In this document: positions 26,235 to 40,319 of the stretch, in pieces | Numbering within the stretch: position 1 is the stretch's first letter | Layout: each line of letters opens with the position of its first letter | Source: Octopus sinensis | Lineage: Eukaryota | Length of the DNA: 64,000 bases | Assembly (NCBI RefSeq): GCF_006345805.1 | Contig: NC_043016.1 | Location: 15,686,001 to 15,750,000, forward strand | Reading direction: 5' to 3' | The notes under the pieces: generated by a model | Database searches by the model: none | What the model saw: the letters and a program-made list of their open reading frames with translations, nothing else | What the model was told of the DNA's origin: nothing | Translations under genes and position numbers: made by a program

Positions 26235-29110
26235 GATAGCGTTCTTTCAGTTTCTGTCAACCAAATCCACTCACAACGCTTTGGTCAGCCTGAGAAGGTG
26301 CTATGCAATGGGACTGAACCCGGAACTATGTGGTTGGGAAGCAAGCTTCTTACCACATATATATCATCATCATCATCATCACTGTTTTAACACCTACTTT
26401 CCCATGCTTGCATGTGTCAGATGAGAATACATTGGGACCAGTTTTTTTAAAGCCAAATGCCATTCTTGTTGCTAATACCTACAGAGTCCAAGTGGGATAG
26501 TAATCTTCCAGTCTATCAAACAATAAACAGCCCAAACATGTTTTTCACTGGTAGAACTGGAAACAAGCAACACCATATGTTCACAAAAATTAGGCAACAT
26601 TCCAAGAAGCCCTGACACATGTCTTGACATGCAAACAATACCATCAGGATGCTTTTGTTTACTAACCAATAACTGCTTGAGAAGTACAAACTCACAATGT
26701 ATGCATGCACAGATCACATTTTCTAGGGCCATGCTGATGAACAGGTGATCAGCACTATCCTAAAAAGAGTTGCTTTATCAGTCAAAGTACTACCAAATAT
26801 AACACCATAGTTTGGAAAAGAAATTGCCAATATCTCAAGGTGCCTATGATTAAGGATCCAGGGTAACTGAGGTACATGTATGTGAGGGGGGGGGTCATAA
26901 AGGGAAAGAAGAAAGGGTATTGGATTGATGGAGAAGCTCTGGAGAGAGGACAATGCGAGGGAATGGTGGATGACTGCAAGCAAGTGGGTATCCCAAATGG
27001 TGACATGAGAGGCATAATAGGATAAATGGGTTAAGGAGACAGATAGAGGGGACAGGTAGATTGATGAAGATGGGCCAATACACTATCATATGTATGTCTA
27101 GAGAAGGATGGGGATAGGTAGTGTGTTGGGAGGTGGTACGCAAGGTGGCTATTCATAGTTTGCAAGTTTCACACACACATATATATACATCCCCCATACA
27201 TACATATGTATACAAACATGCATATACAAAAGTTGTTCATTTGGGAGCGTTGTTGAATTGTCCACATACCTCATACTTTCAAAGATGAGTGGAATAAAAC
27301 ATTTTTTACAAGCAAGGGTTAGTAACAGGAAGTGCATCTGGCTGTAAAACAATGCCTCGATAATCTATACATATAACCCATACTAACATAGAAATAGACA
27401 AAATAAAGGAAAGATCACACACACGTGAAGGCACACATTCACACATGCAACTCAATAATTACTACAAAGTTGGTTTGTAGGTTGATTTCTCCTGCCACAC
27501 TTTACATAATATAGAGAGGTGGGAGAGAGTAAAGGAAAGATACAGAGGGAGTTAACAAAGGAGGTTCAGGGTTAATGCACATACTAAGATTGGTGGCAGA
27601 CAATGAGTAATGAAATGCCATAGTCAGAAAGATTCATGGAAGAAGAGGAGTAAATGACTAGTTATGGGTGGAGTCATACAAATGAGAAATTTGTTTTGTT
27701 TAATTATATTTTAAGGAAATTAAATATTTCTCTTTTGAAAATTATTTTTCATTTCATTTTATAAAAAGTTAAATTGTAATTATCATAATTATGCCAAGCA
27801 TCTGATATTAGCTATAGTGGTGAAATTATACTACAAAAGTTCATATGAAGGGTAATGTGTGTGTGAGAGAGAGGGGGGGGGGCAAGACACAGATAGATGT
27901 ATTTTTATACATCTGCTACTAGTTAACTTTCCTTCTCCTTGGAAACACTTTTTTTTGATAGCCTTTCTTCATTCTTGAGATTGTTCCTCTCCATTCCTAT
28001 TTTCCACTAAGCATCACTTTGTCTGCAGCAAGTCATCACTCCCTGTCTCCTAAGCCACTTCTAAGTGACACCCACGCCTCATTCTTAACATCTCACATCT
28101 ACTATCAAACTACCTTTGATCTTTGTAGACAAAATCTTGCTCTCCACATTACTCACCAAGTACACCTGAACATCTCCACCCCTTTCACCCTTCTACCACA
28201 ATCCTGCAACCTTTATCCAATCACCCCTATCTACTATACTATTCTGCTGCTCTTCACTTTTACTGCATTGCCATTTATCACCTCCTCTCCTCTGAGCTAT
28301 TCTAACCCTACCACTCATACTTACCATCAACCCTCCAAACCTCCTTTTATTTGTTTCAGTCATTTAACTGCGGCCATGCTGGAGCACTGCCTTTTTAGTC
28401 AAACAAATCAACCCCAGGACTTATTCTTTGTAAGTATTCTATCAGTCTCTTTTGCTGAACTGCTAAATTACCAGGACATAAACACACCAACATCAGTTGT
28501 CAATTGATGGTGGGAGGAGACAAACACAGACACACATAAATAGATATATATATATGGTGGGCTTCTTTCAGTTTCCATCAATACTAAATCTACTCACAAG
28601 GCTTTGGTCAGCCCAATGCTATAGTAGAAGACATTTGCCCAAGGTGCCACATAGTGGGGCTGAACTTGGAACCATGTGGTTGGGAAGCAAGCTTCTCACC
28701 ACACATCCATGCCTGTACCTATTGTTCACTTTTCACCCCCTAACCTTTTCCAACCCTACCCTCTCCCCACTTCCTGACTTTTTGTCGCCATACTCTCCTC
28801 TTCATCTTCATGTACTTTGATGCCTCATCATCACCTTGTTTATCTGTTCAGAACCACAACCATAACTTCTAGCTACCCTTACATAATGCAAGGTAACCAT
28901 GTATCATTTGTAATGTGGTTGGCATTACAAAGGACTTCCTGTCATAGAAGCCATGCCAAAACTAAGACAATGGAACAAGATATGGTCTTCCAGCATGCTG
29001 GATCCCATTAAACCATAATCCATCCAGCACAGAAAATGGACTTGAAATGAAAGGATACATGTATATATAGTTATATAGTTACATATATATAATTATATTA
29101 TCTATTTGTG

Positions 29111-29143
<33 letters not shown>

Positions 29144-31399
29144 CATACACACACATTTTATTTACACACACACACACACAATTATTCATTCATTCTTCAT
29201 TTAATGCGCCTCTTCTATAACGGTATAAGATAGTAGTAAAGGATCCAATATGCTCAGAGACTGTCAAGCTCCAATGACTGCTCTTGCAGGGTTTGCTATG
29301 ATTGGATGTCCTTCCTATCACCAAACACTTTACAGAGTGTACCAAGTGCTTTTTTCATGGCACCAGCACAAGTGAGGCTACCAAATAACTCAAAAACTAG
29401 ATTTTTTAAATTAACAACTGAGTGGCAATGTTGTAAATAGGTAGGTCTTACGTCCAAAGAGACTAAAATATAACAGAGAGACAGATATCTTCCTGAGAAG
29501 AAATACATAGCTACCCTGCATTAGACAAAGGTGGATGGGAGTAGCTGGAAAGAGAGACAAGGTGTATGGTCAAGTTTGCAAGAGATTGAAAGGAAAGTTA
29601 CAGATGTTTAAAGAGGTGAATGTAGTGGATAGTATTAGGGAGTTGAGACGTGGTAGATGATTAACAGGATTTTGGAGAGAAGGTAATACGAAATACAAGT
29701 GGCTCAGGCAAGTGGAGGTGTGATGGCATACAGAAAAGGTGGAGAGCAGCAGAAGAAATCTTGGGAGATAGGGATTGGGTAAAAATGTAAGGAGGAAAAG
29801 GAGGCACAGTGAAAGGAGATGGAGAGCAGAGGTAAATAAGAGTAATTAGCAAACACATGGGAATATTGGTGGCAGATATGAGAAGGTGTTAAGAATAAGG
29901 TATAGCGATCATAAGATGTAGCTCAGGGAAAAGTAGCGATAACTGTTGGCAGAGAAGGAGTAAACAGTAGGAAAATATATGGGACAGAATGATATCGAAA
30001 AAGAATAGGTGATGAGAACTGGTTCCAGGAAGAGATTGACTAGCAGCATAAAATAGGGTTTGAAATAGGTAGTTCTACACTTAAAACAACAGCAGCTGAA
30101 TAGTGCCATCATTAGAAGACGGATGGGTAACAAAAAGATGAAAGAATGATAAAAGGTTGACAGGGGCAGGTTGGGTACCTTGTTTTGTGCATATATATGG
30201 AAACATAATGCTTTTAGGGCTACATTTTCGCCATCATGGCCATGGTTTTTTGAGTATAGTGAATTGTGCTTTGTCATCTCTTGTATTGAAGCTCAACATC
30301 CAAAGATCAGCATTCACTACTTCCTCCTACATCTTCCTCTTCTACGAGTCCCAGCTACATTTAGCACTCAGCACTGCTTTATATGATTGTCTCAACCACA
30401 CTTATTACAGAATTGCAGCTTCTTGCAAGACATCTGATTCTTGTCATTCCTAATATCTCTCTCAACAAATTTGTACTTCATGGTACACGTCTTTGCAACC
30501 CAGGCCTCACTAACATGTAGCAATGCTATTCATACACAACCATCATGCAATCTTACACTCAGAAAGATGTGGAGGAGGAAGAGAGAGAGAGAGCATTTAA
30601 TAACTGAACTTTTGCCAACCTGTTCTTACTCTGACTACTAGAATACTCTTAGAACATCCTCTTCAACTGTTCATTAGGACACCAAGGCAACAGAAACTAT
30701 CAACTACCTCTAGGAAGCCTCCAGGTCTTTCAAAGAAATCTATTTTCCATGTGTTCTCAGGGTTTCAAAATTCAAAAGTTTTTTTGAATGCCTGATATGC
30801 TATGTCATAAACTGGGAAATTCCACAAAATGCTGGGAACATCCTAAGTACAGCTGCTATGTGCCATTATGACATGTGGACTCACCTATCCAAATCAGGTG
30901 AGTTAGCCACTTAGCAGTCTTTGTTGTCAGCACATGCCCTCTGCTATAGCCTCAAGCAACCAAAGCATTGATTTCATCTGGCACACAAAAAACTGAAGTA
31001 AGTTTAGTCTGTGTGTGTGTGTGTGTGTGTGCACATCTGTTTGAGTTTCTTCCTGTTGTCATTGTAGGTTGGTCACAAACAAATGACATCACATTAGCAG
31101 TGCTGTTTGGGCATGTTGCCACCAGGAAGGGTATCCACCCAAACAAAATTTGTCCCATCAAATTTCATTTGACGTATGAGAAAATTAAAATGATGATGTA
31201 TGTGTATGCACACACACACACTCATATGCATATAAGCATCCATGCATGCATGGAAGACATACATTAAATGATATGTATGTATCCATGTATGGAATATGGA
31301 TGCTAAATAATTACACACACACACAAATGCATTTATATACATCAAATGATGCTGTTTAACTTGATACTCAGTTCTTCCCAACTGAAGGAAAAACTCAAA

Positions 31400-31980
31400 G
31401 CATATGAGACATGCCGCTTCCACCATGGAGTGGAACTAGCAATATACATTGAGAAACCTCTGCAATACCTTATGGACTGCCTCACGAGAGTGCAATCAAA
31501 ACTCTAGCTTGACCATCATTATGAAGATTTCAAAACTGCTGGACCCTGACTTTGGGCATTCACCTACCATTACCATCAGAAATTGTGAACTAGAGATAAC
31601 ACAACAGTTCACAAATGCGAGATCTACCATCAAAGTCCACCTCTCTCAAAAGTTGGAAATTAATGGATTCATTGGAAGTGTAACCTCAACACTTTCCACC
31701 AACACTGCTTGAAAACAGATCTTAGTCACTAATGAGGTCCTGGTTTACACTCAGATTATCCAGCCTTCTCATCATGCTGTCTCAACAATTCCTGCTCTGG
31801 CTGGGCCTCATATACTGCATGCCAAAAGACCTGCTGTAAGGAAAATGGCATCCAGATAGAGAACACAAGGAAGATACCGACAAGGCATGACAACACTGGC
31901 AGAAAGCAGTTCGTGTACTCACAACACTTCTCCAACCAGACTGGAACAAGGCATTCCATAATCTCATGAGATTAACAAAT
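31400..31980 (+). mobile_element. Old RTE (BovB/Expander-like) RT remnant
   Basis: PTITIRNCELEITQQFTNARSTI and MPKDLL remnants resemble RTE RT C-terminal motifs. Confidence 0.55.
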
Positions 31981-32987
31981 GCCTCCAATGTATGTAAACA
32001 TATTAAAATGTGTACATAATATATACATACATCATTACTCTGTTTATGTAGAAAATCTGCCCTTCCATGATTACATGGGCCAGACAGAATTTATTGAGGC
32101 AAATTTTCTTTGCCAACCGTTACCAGTTTTCAAGCAAGGTATTATTTCCATATGGTCAGAGATGTCTTTCACAGAAGATTAGAAATGAACAACAACACTT
32201 ATATGATGGTGTCACATCATTTAGAATCATTGTGATGTCAAGACAAGGAGTTACACTAACATAAATACAGTTTACATCTATAAATCCATGCACAAGGATT
32301 TGGTTGACTAAAGGTTACAGTAGAAGATACTTGCCTAAGATGCCATGCAGTGGGACTGAACATGGAACCACATGGTTAGGGAGCAAGCTTCTTCATGACA
32401 CCGCCATACCTGTACACGAATACAATATGTATAAATGTTCGTATTGTATATATGCATACGTATACAATATATGCACATCCATGCGTGTATATATATCCAC
32501 ATATACATAGCTGTGTGGTGAAGAAGTTTACTTCCATCCATATAATTTTGGACTGAGTCTCACTGCATGACACCTTGAACAAGTATCTTCAATCTTCCAT
32601 GAAAAACATGTACAACCGTAAGGAAATATTACCTTGCTAGGAAACAAGTGTGAGTTGGCAACGGTCGCAAAAAAAAGTCTGCCACATGCAATCATAGAAA
32701 AAACCAAAAAATGTTTTTAACACACAGACACAAAGGGAAGCATATCAATATATACCATCGGATTTAATTTCCCAATCCTATTCAATGTGGTTTATTTTTG
32801 GATAATTGAAACTAAGTATAGCAGTTCCCCGATTGCAATTGCTTTTTTATTCATACCGAGTATTTGATTGATTCTTCAATAATGAAAGGAACAGAGAAAT
32901 TAATTCTCTGCCTGCAAATCTAATGTCTAATCTTTATTTGAAATAAGTCCCAATGCAATATTATTAATTAATTAATAAACAGCGTAA

Positions 32988-33210
32988 GGCGGCGGCGAGC
33001 TAGCAGAATTGTTAGCGCACCGGACAAAATGTTTAGCGGCATTTCTTCCGGTCTTACGTTCTGAGTTCAACTTCCGACTAGGTCGGCTTTGCCCTCCTTC
33101 ATCCTTTCTGTGTCGATAACATAAATACCAGGTGAGTACTGGGGGACGAGCTAAATCGACTTACACTCTCTCCCAAAATTTCGCTTTGTACCTAAAGCAG
33201 AAAGGATTAT
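32988..33210 (+). mobile_element. tRNA-derived SINE, second family (also ~18700-18885 minus, 22000-22170 minus, 44880-44980)
   Basis: GGCGGCGAGCTAGCAGAATTG head and GAGTTCAA B-box; repeated in the window. Confidence 0.7.
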
Positions 33211-33672
33211 TAATAAACAAAGTTACATACCTCGTCATTTCTCAGAAATACATTTCTGATAAATATTATATTTACAACATAAAGTCTAACCTAGTGATTA
33301 ACCAAATATAATTACATCAGGAATCTTGCAAAATTATATATATATATATACACACACATACATGTGTGTGCATGTATATATATACACACACACATACATA
33401 CATGTGTGTGCATGTATACACACACACACACACACGTCACCCAATGGTGACTTTAGTTTTGAGAGAATATTTAAGTTAAAAACATATTGCGAGTTGTTCT
33501 AATCTTTATAAGTTTCGATACCGTACAATATTTATTATTTATCCAATTAGGGATAAATAAGACAGCTTTATCTGCTACAAAAACAGAAAATGTCATCGGT
33601 AAAGAGGCAACATTCGTCTAGCGCTATTTTAGTGCTAGTGGCATGAAACTGTTAATAGATATCACCAGGAAG

Positions 33673-33717
<45 letters not shown>

Positions 33718-36258
33718 CCTGGATCTCTGAACCATCTCCACCATCTAACTGGTAATTTTCTATACAATTCGACGAAAGTCTTATTATTTTTCGATTTTGC
33801 TACGTCTCTCACAGGGACACACAAAAATTTGAAGGCCCTTCATCCATATCATTGTAAAAGCTCATCAGTTTCGGAAATTGTCAACGTTAGGCTTATGTTT
33901 TCTAATTTATTCGACAATTAATTTTTAATAAGGATTCTTATTCTATATCAAAGTCACATATCACAGGATGAACTGAAAGAGAGACGTACATGGGAAAAAA
34001 TTGGGAAATTAAATTAGGTTGGAAAGAAAAAAAAAATTTTTTTAATCATTTATATATAAAGGTAGGATTTTCGAATCCCTGTACCACAATGGAAAGGAAA
34101 AGAGTAGTTTTATTATTTTATTCCCCTTCAGTTTTGGGTATACCTATGTTTTTTTCTATACGAGAGATGCGGCGATTCTGTAAGACATTTTTTTTTTTTA
34201 AATTTAATTTTTCTTTTCAAATGCTTGCATCCCCACATTCCCTATCCTATGAGGCATGGGAGTTCGAAGGACAGCAACCCGAAAACTGAATTGATGAAAG
34301 ATCAGCAGCGGATTAAGAAAGTGCAAGCACGAGAGAGGTGATACTTGAAAACCAATGAATTAACTTGATATGGTTTGGCACTTGCAACCAGATCCTACTC
34401 CAAAGAACAAAAGAGAGATTGCAACAAGAATCTCGACAATTTTAGATTAAATAATAACCAATAGAACGAACAAACACACACACACACGTGCGTGTGTGCG
34501 CGCGCGAATGAGGGGGGGGGCTTCTCGAGTATCCATTATGCGTAAAAACACAGGTTATCTAATATTAATCGTTGGTCCATTAAATATCTTCTTCCTCTAA
34601 AAAACATAGTTATTTAACCCGAGATGAATTTTCTTCTGAATTTATTTAGTAAATTAGTTTTTTTGTTTGCTTTATTTATTTATTTATTTTTACCGTTGTA
34701 TAAAGTTAAGATTAGGTAAACTTATTCCGAATAGATTCCCTGCTGCGATAAGGATGAATAATAAATAAAAACGATTTAATTGAAATGGGAAATCAATGTC
34801 CAGATACAACGAATCTATTATACACGAGATGTTAATTAAACTCGCACCCGTCTATTTACATAGTTGAGGAGAGTAAAGAAACATCTGTGGGCGCAATATT
34901 TTTTTATAGTTATTTTTTCAGGTTGAGTCACACGTATTTACTATTCAAAAGAAATCGAATGCTAATAAACTTTAAAAAATACGAAATGAGAAATGCTTAG
35001 AATCAAATTATCAGGTACTTTTTCAAAATAAAAAACTAATTAATAGCAAGATGGATGCAGAGAAATTATAAAAGGGTATCAAGTATAAAAATAACCCTTC
35101 AAAATGGCGAAACCATGAAAGAAATGAGAAAAAAATTGAGAATACCGTATTCTGGTACATGTTTAAAAAAGAAATCAATAATAGTAATGGCACGGCAGCC
35201 GTATGGTGCGTGGGGGTCGCACAATGATTGTAAAAATAAATTAAACTCAACAGATGAAAGTGCATGGATAGCTTTTCTTTCTTCTTTTTATTTATATGAA
35301 ACTCATTTCGCTCAAATTTTATACTAAGGTCTGGAGAAATTATTCACCTAAAATTTGAAGACTCAAATAAAACTTGGAATCTACGGTCAGAATATATTTA
35401 ATGTATTTAAGGCACAAGTAAAATAAAAAATTACAAGTTCACATATGAATTTAACAATTATTCTAACTTTTTATCATGTAAACCGATAAATTACATGGAA
35501 TTATTTCAGCAATTATAAAAATAAAAACAGCGAGTTTACATGAAGAATATTAGCTGAACCATGACTTTTTTGAAGTCTCACTGGGTTGGAATTAAAGAGT
35601 AATAAATATCTTTAAAAAAAAACATCTGCTATGTTTATATAAAAATATAAAATAACATTACAAAGAAGCAAAATCAAAACAAATATTACGATTAAAACAA
35701 AAATAATTGTTCTGGAGAAAATAATATCGGCGGGAAATATAGGTAAATAAATTGAGAAAAATTACATCCACCCAGGAAAGAAAATGTTTACAACCAAATG
35801 GAATTGCGAGTTCTTTAGTAAACAGTCTGACTACTTTGCAGATATATTATGCATAATTATATATATTTGTGTAGTGTTGATGTTTAATTAAAAAGCATAA
35901 TTGGTTAATTAGTGAATAAAATATTATTATACAATTTATAAGTGATTGGAACGAAAATAATAAACGATTTCAAAGTGATGAGGCGAAGTGGCTTCACTGA
36001 CCTGAATTTCTTTTCTGTTATGAGAAATTCATACGTTTTTATATTGAATTATTGTTCCGTTTGTTAAAACGAATCAATGCGAAAATAATATTGAAGGAAA
36101 TAATGTTGCAAAAATAGGATGTTTCTTTTAATGTTGGGCGACGGAACTGGTTTTGGCAAAGTATTACGGCCAGAAAAGTACGAAGATTATCAACGGTGGA
36201 TTGTAATGACAAATCAATGAAAGCGTGTTGGACATTTGACGGAGAACAACTTACTTAC

Positions 36259-36435
36259 CAATGCATTTTTCATTAAATCTGCAAAAGAAAATTCTGGACA
36301 TGTTTTGTCGTTCGATTCCCTCAGAGCCAGAGTGAAGCGCATGGTGGGCGGCAGCGAAGACTTCTTCTTCTTCTCCTTCCCCATCGGACCGATCGTAGTA
36401 AAAGTTAACCTCCTCGGATCCGACATCGCGTTCAT
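36259..36435 (-). CDS. UBN1: Ubinuclein coding exon 1 (start at 36435, or more likely MSDPRR at 36426)
   Basis: MSDPRRLTFTTI...MRFTLALRESNDKTCPEFSFADLMKNAL resembles the UBN1 N-terminus/NHRD (MSEPHRVQFTSL...[26 protein letters not shown], recalled). GTAAGT donor at 36258, phase 0. Confidence 0.93.
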
Positions 36436-36490
36436 TGAAACACAATACAGCCATGAGACAAATAAGTAGAATGATCTGTGTCCCGGTTAA

Positions 36491-36600
36491 CTATGTTTCC
36501 ACACCTCTGTACCAACAAACTAGCGAGTCTATCGCCATTTTGAAAGGGCAGTATGACGTCATGAGTTATTGAAGGTGGGGGGAGCGAGGGAGGGGGGAAT
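36491..36600 (-). promoter_or_regulatory. Ubinuclein promoter/5'UTR: YY1-type motif, CRE palindrome, G-rich box
   Basis: CGCCATTTT (AAAATGGCG on minus) at 36533-36541. ATGACGTCAT at 36553-36562. G-rich stretch at ~36574-36598. CpG-rich context just upstream of the start codon. Confidence 0.55.
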
Positions 36601-39211
36601 CACCGTTCGCCACTCGAGCACCCCTCGAAATCCAAATGTGCTGAGATTCTGTGAGGAAGATAAAGACAGAAACGTCGTGCACCGAAATTGACAAAACGGA
36701 TATTAATTGATTGTGAATTAATGATTTACAGAATTACTTTCGAAAACAAATGTCCATTTTCCGAAAAAAATATTGCAAGAGCAATATAATTTTAGAAGAA
36801 AATATGACTGAAATGAGAGAGATAAAAATAGATGATTATGAATAAGGAGAAAGAATGAAGTAATATTCAAATGCAAATGCAGAGATAAGATGAGAGGAAA
36901 GGAAGGAGTTAATAAGTAATGTTGGATGCTTTTGTTCGGGATCATTCGGAAACGATCGGTCATTGACCTTTTCTTAAATTCGTTGAAATGAAAAATACCC
37001 GAAGTATTATTAAAAACATATCTGATAAATAATAAAAATAGATGGAGTTAAAAAATTTTATTTATTTTTTCGTTAACTAAAACAAAATAAATAAAGCTGC
37101 GGAAATGTACGGGCTACTTTACGGATTTTTACGAAGTGAAAACTTTGTACCGGTTGTGAGAAACTTCAGAAATTTTTGTGAGGAGAAAAAGAAAACTTCG
37201 AAACAATTATTTGATATTTAATGTTTTTCTTTTTGATGTTATTAAAATACTTCAATAATTAGCATTTTGTAATTTTTTTTTTCTTATTCTGAAAGTATTT
37301 ATATTTCAACAGACTAACTGCCCGTCTAAAGAAAATATTTATTGATGTTAGCAAGAGATAGAAAATCCATTTCAGAAGCTTGTTATGTGTTTCACTAAAG
37401 CACATGGCTGTGGGATATACACTTGTTTGCATTTTTTTTTTAAATAAAATCTATGTACTTATCTTAAGTTCTTTTCACTAAAACTAAAATACAACTCCAT
37501 TATTAGTTCCAATGCAAAGGCAAACATTGAAACTGAAAACTGTGCGATAATAGAAACACTGCACAGTGCTTGGATTTGGATTAATAATGGTGTAGTAACA
37601 GGTATGTATTTTTAGCGGAAGCACCGTTTAGGTCTGATGTTAAACTACGTATTTCTCCTAAGGCCATCTTAGGAATATTATAGGCCCTGAGCTATACAGT
37701 ATTTATTTATAGACAGCAAGCCCTGGCATACATGGAACAGAGTTGGACAATTGTACCCGTGAGGTTTCCACGTAAATGACCAGTGTTTCTTCTCTTGCCA
37801 GAAAAGAAGACAAGCTAAATAGTGGTTTGCTGTTATTTTTTTTTTCCAGTCATTTGACTGCGGCCATGCTGGAGCACCGCTTTTAGTCGAACAAATCGAC
37901 CCCAGGAATTATTCTTTGTAAGCCTAGTACTTATTCTATCCGTCTCTTTTGCCGAACCGCTAGCTAACGAGGATGTAAACACACAAACGTCGCTTGCCAA
38001 GCAATTGTGCGGAAACAAACACATACATACATATACATATGTATATACGGGCTTCTTTCAGTTTTTCGTCTACCAAATCCACTCACAAGGTTTTTGTCGG
38101 CACGTAGCTATAGTAGAAGACACCCAAGATGCCAAGCAATGGGACTGAACCCAGAACCTTGTGGTTGGGAAGCAAGCTACTTACTACACAACCTCTCCTG
38201 CGCCTATATTTATTGTTGCTTTTTTTTTTTTTACTTCATTAAAGAACGGTTACCTCTTACGGCGAAGTGTAAACGCGTGTTAACTAAAAGCGCAGCACCG
38301 TAAGTTTACCTTATATCTTTAATCAAACAACTTCTATCAACGCTTGTATCAGTTAATTCACGTCGTCAGCGCTTCAGCTGCTCTGTAAATTTAGCACCCC
38401 GGTTGAGTTCTATTCGATTCTGTGTACACAATAAATATCTTTTCTCCTGAACTATTCTATCTTTTATCTTTTATTCGTTTCAGTTATTAGACTCTGACCA
38501 TGCTGGGGCAACGTCTTCAGGAATTTTAGTCGAACTAATCGACCCTAGTACTTTTTTAAGCAGGGTATTTATTCTATCGCTCTCTTTCTGAACTGCTAAG
38601 TTACGATGACATAAACACACACGGTTGTCGGGCAATGGTGGGGGTAAATACAGGCAGATCACAGAAAATTATATGAAGAAATAATATGTGATATATAAAT
38701 AAATATATTTTTTTACAACCATCCAGCATTCTGAACATCTTTTTTCTTTCATATGTATTAAATCTATACATCACCCCCAATATTTCTAACATACTTGTTT
38801 GGATGTACACTACATCAGGATGGATGGATTAGAATCAAGCCCACGACTAGAAAATTCCAGCAATACAGGAAACCTCATTGAAAGAAGCGAAACAGAATAC
38901 CCACAACAGGCAGATCTCCTCACACAAATTTGCAGAATATGCAACATTGGAATAAATAACACGGAATCTACAGAAGATCTCCATACAGAAATCTACAAAT
39001 CAAGAATGAACGAAACACAAATGAACTCATAACCGAAATATACCAAAAACGCAGAAAAACTTCTAACAGAAATATCCCCAAAACTAAACTTGATCATCCT
39101 AAAACTGGACGCAATACTCCACAACACAGAAAATTATATGAAGAAATAATATGTGATATGTAAATAAATATATATTTTTACAACAATCCTGCATTCAGAA
39201 CACCTTTTTTC

Positions 39212-39265
<54 letters not shown>

Positions 39266-39464
39266 AGAGATGAACCACCATTTCACAACTCAGTCAATGA
39301 GGAACCCGTCCAAAACCATGCTGTGAGACACATAACATGCAAAATCGAATATCATACAAAGAAAACCTTCATCATAAAAATGTTAATCTAAAATCAGATA
39401 AATTATAAAGTGAACAATAAAAATTAATACAATAATATAATGTATAAAAGTAAGTACTAGTACA

Positions 39465-39584
39465 TTGACTACGCGCGTTTCATGGCTGAATTAGGACTAT
39501 ATAAATTCAAATAAGAAACCATATTTAAGTTCATTAGAACGGAAGAATGATTTTACTCCCAAAATCAGTCACTCCTCAGGCCAA
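39465..39584 (-). ncRNA. Minimal type I hammerhead ribozyme (Penelope-like-element type)
   Basis: Minus strand reads TTGGC-CTGAGGA-GTGACTGA...TCAGCCAT-GAAA-CGCGCG-TA-GTCAA. Intact core, stem I TTGGC/GTCAA, long-loop stem II, palindromic stem III ACGCGCGT, GUA cleavage triplet. Confidence 0.75.
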
Positions 39585-39668
39585 ATTCCTAAAAAAAAAC
39601 CTAAAAACTAAAAGTTTAACTTACCTCATAATATTATAAGGTTGGAAAAATAATTTATTCCCTAATAC

Positions 39669-39711
<43 letters not shown>

Positions 39712-39712
39712 G

Positions 39713-40256
39713 TGAGAGGGCAGTGCATGCCATTAAAGTGATACTGGGGTAAAATATACGAAGCCCAGTATACCCATCATGACTACCCGCCTGATAAGGG
39801 TACACCAGGCACATGCATCACAACCATATGTGTGCGACATGGTGATCTCATATCAAGATAAACAGCACATGACCTTGCAGGTGGGACCCAGTTAGAATTT
39901 TCTTCTGGTCGAGTAACCCATCTCGCTCAAAAGGTCCCTGAATAAAGATGTTGAACGAAACACCCATGTTTCCAGAGGTGAATTATTCAAACCCCAAAGA
40001 ATCCCTCTCAACACATGGCTATGATGTTCCCCCACTACTTCTGCTCATGATCAGAGATGCACATATCGTCAGCCACTAAGGGACATGCTCAACTGGTTAA
40101 GGTCAAACAACTGACAAGCAAATCTGTGGTATTGAGCAGAATATTTGCTGTAAAACCCATCTTTTATGCCCGGACAAAACAATGTACATGATAACACTTC
40201 CAATCAGTTAAGATCAGAAGCCACGAGAGCCACTGCCAGGTACTGAATCAGGGCAT
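39713..40256. repeat. Interspersed repeat of undetermined class flanked by (TAT)n
   Basis: GC-richer ~540-bp block between TAT microsatellites; no coding signal recognised. Confidence 0.4.
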
Positions 40257-40268
40257 TATCATTATTAT

Positions 40269-40319
<51 letters not shown>

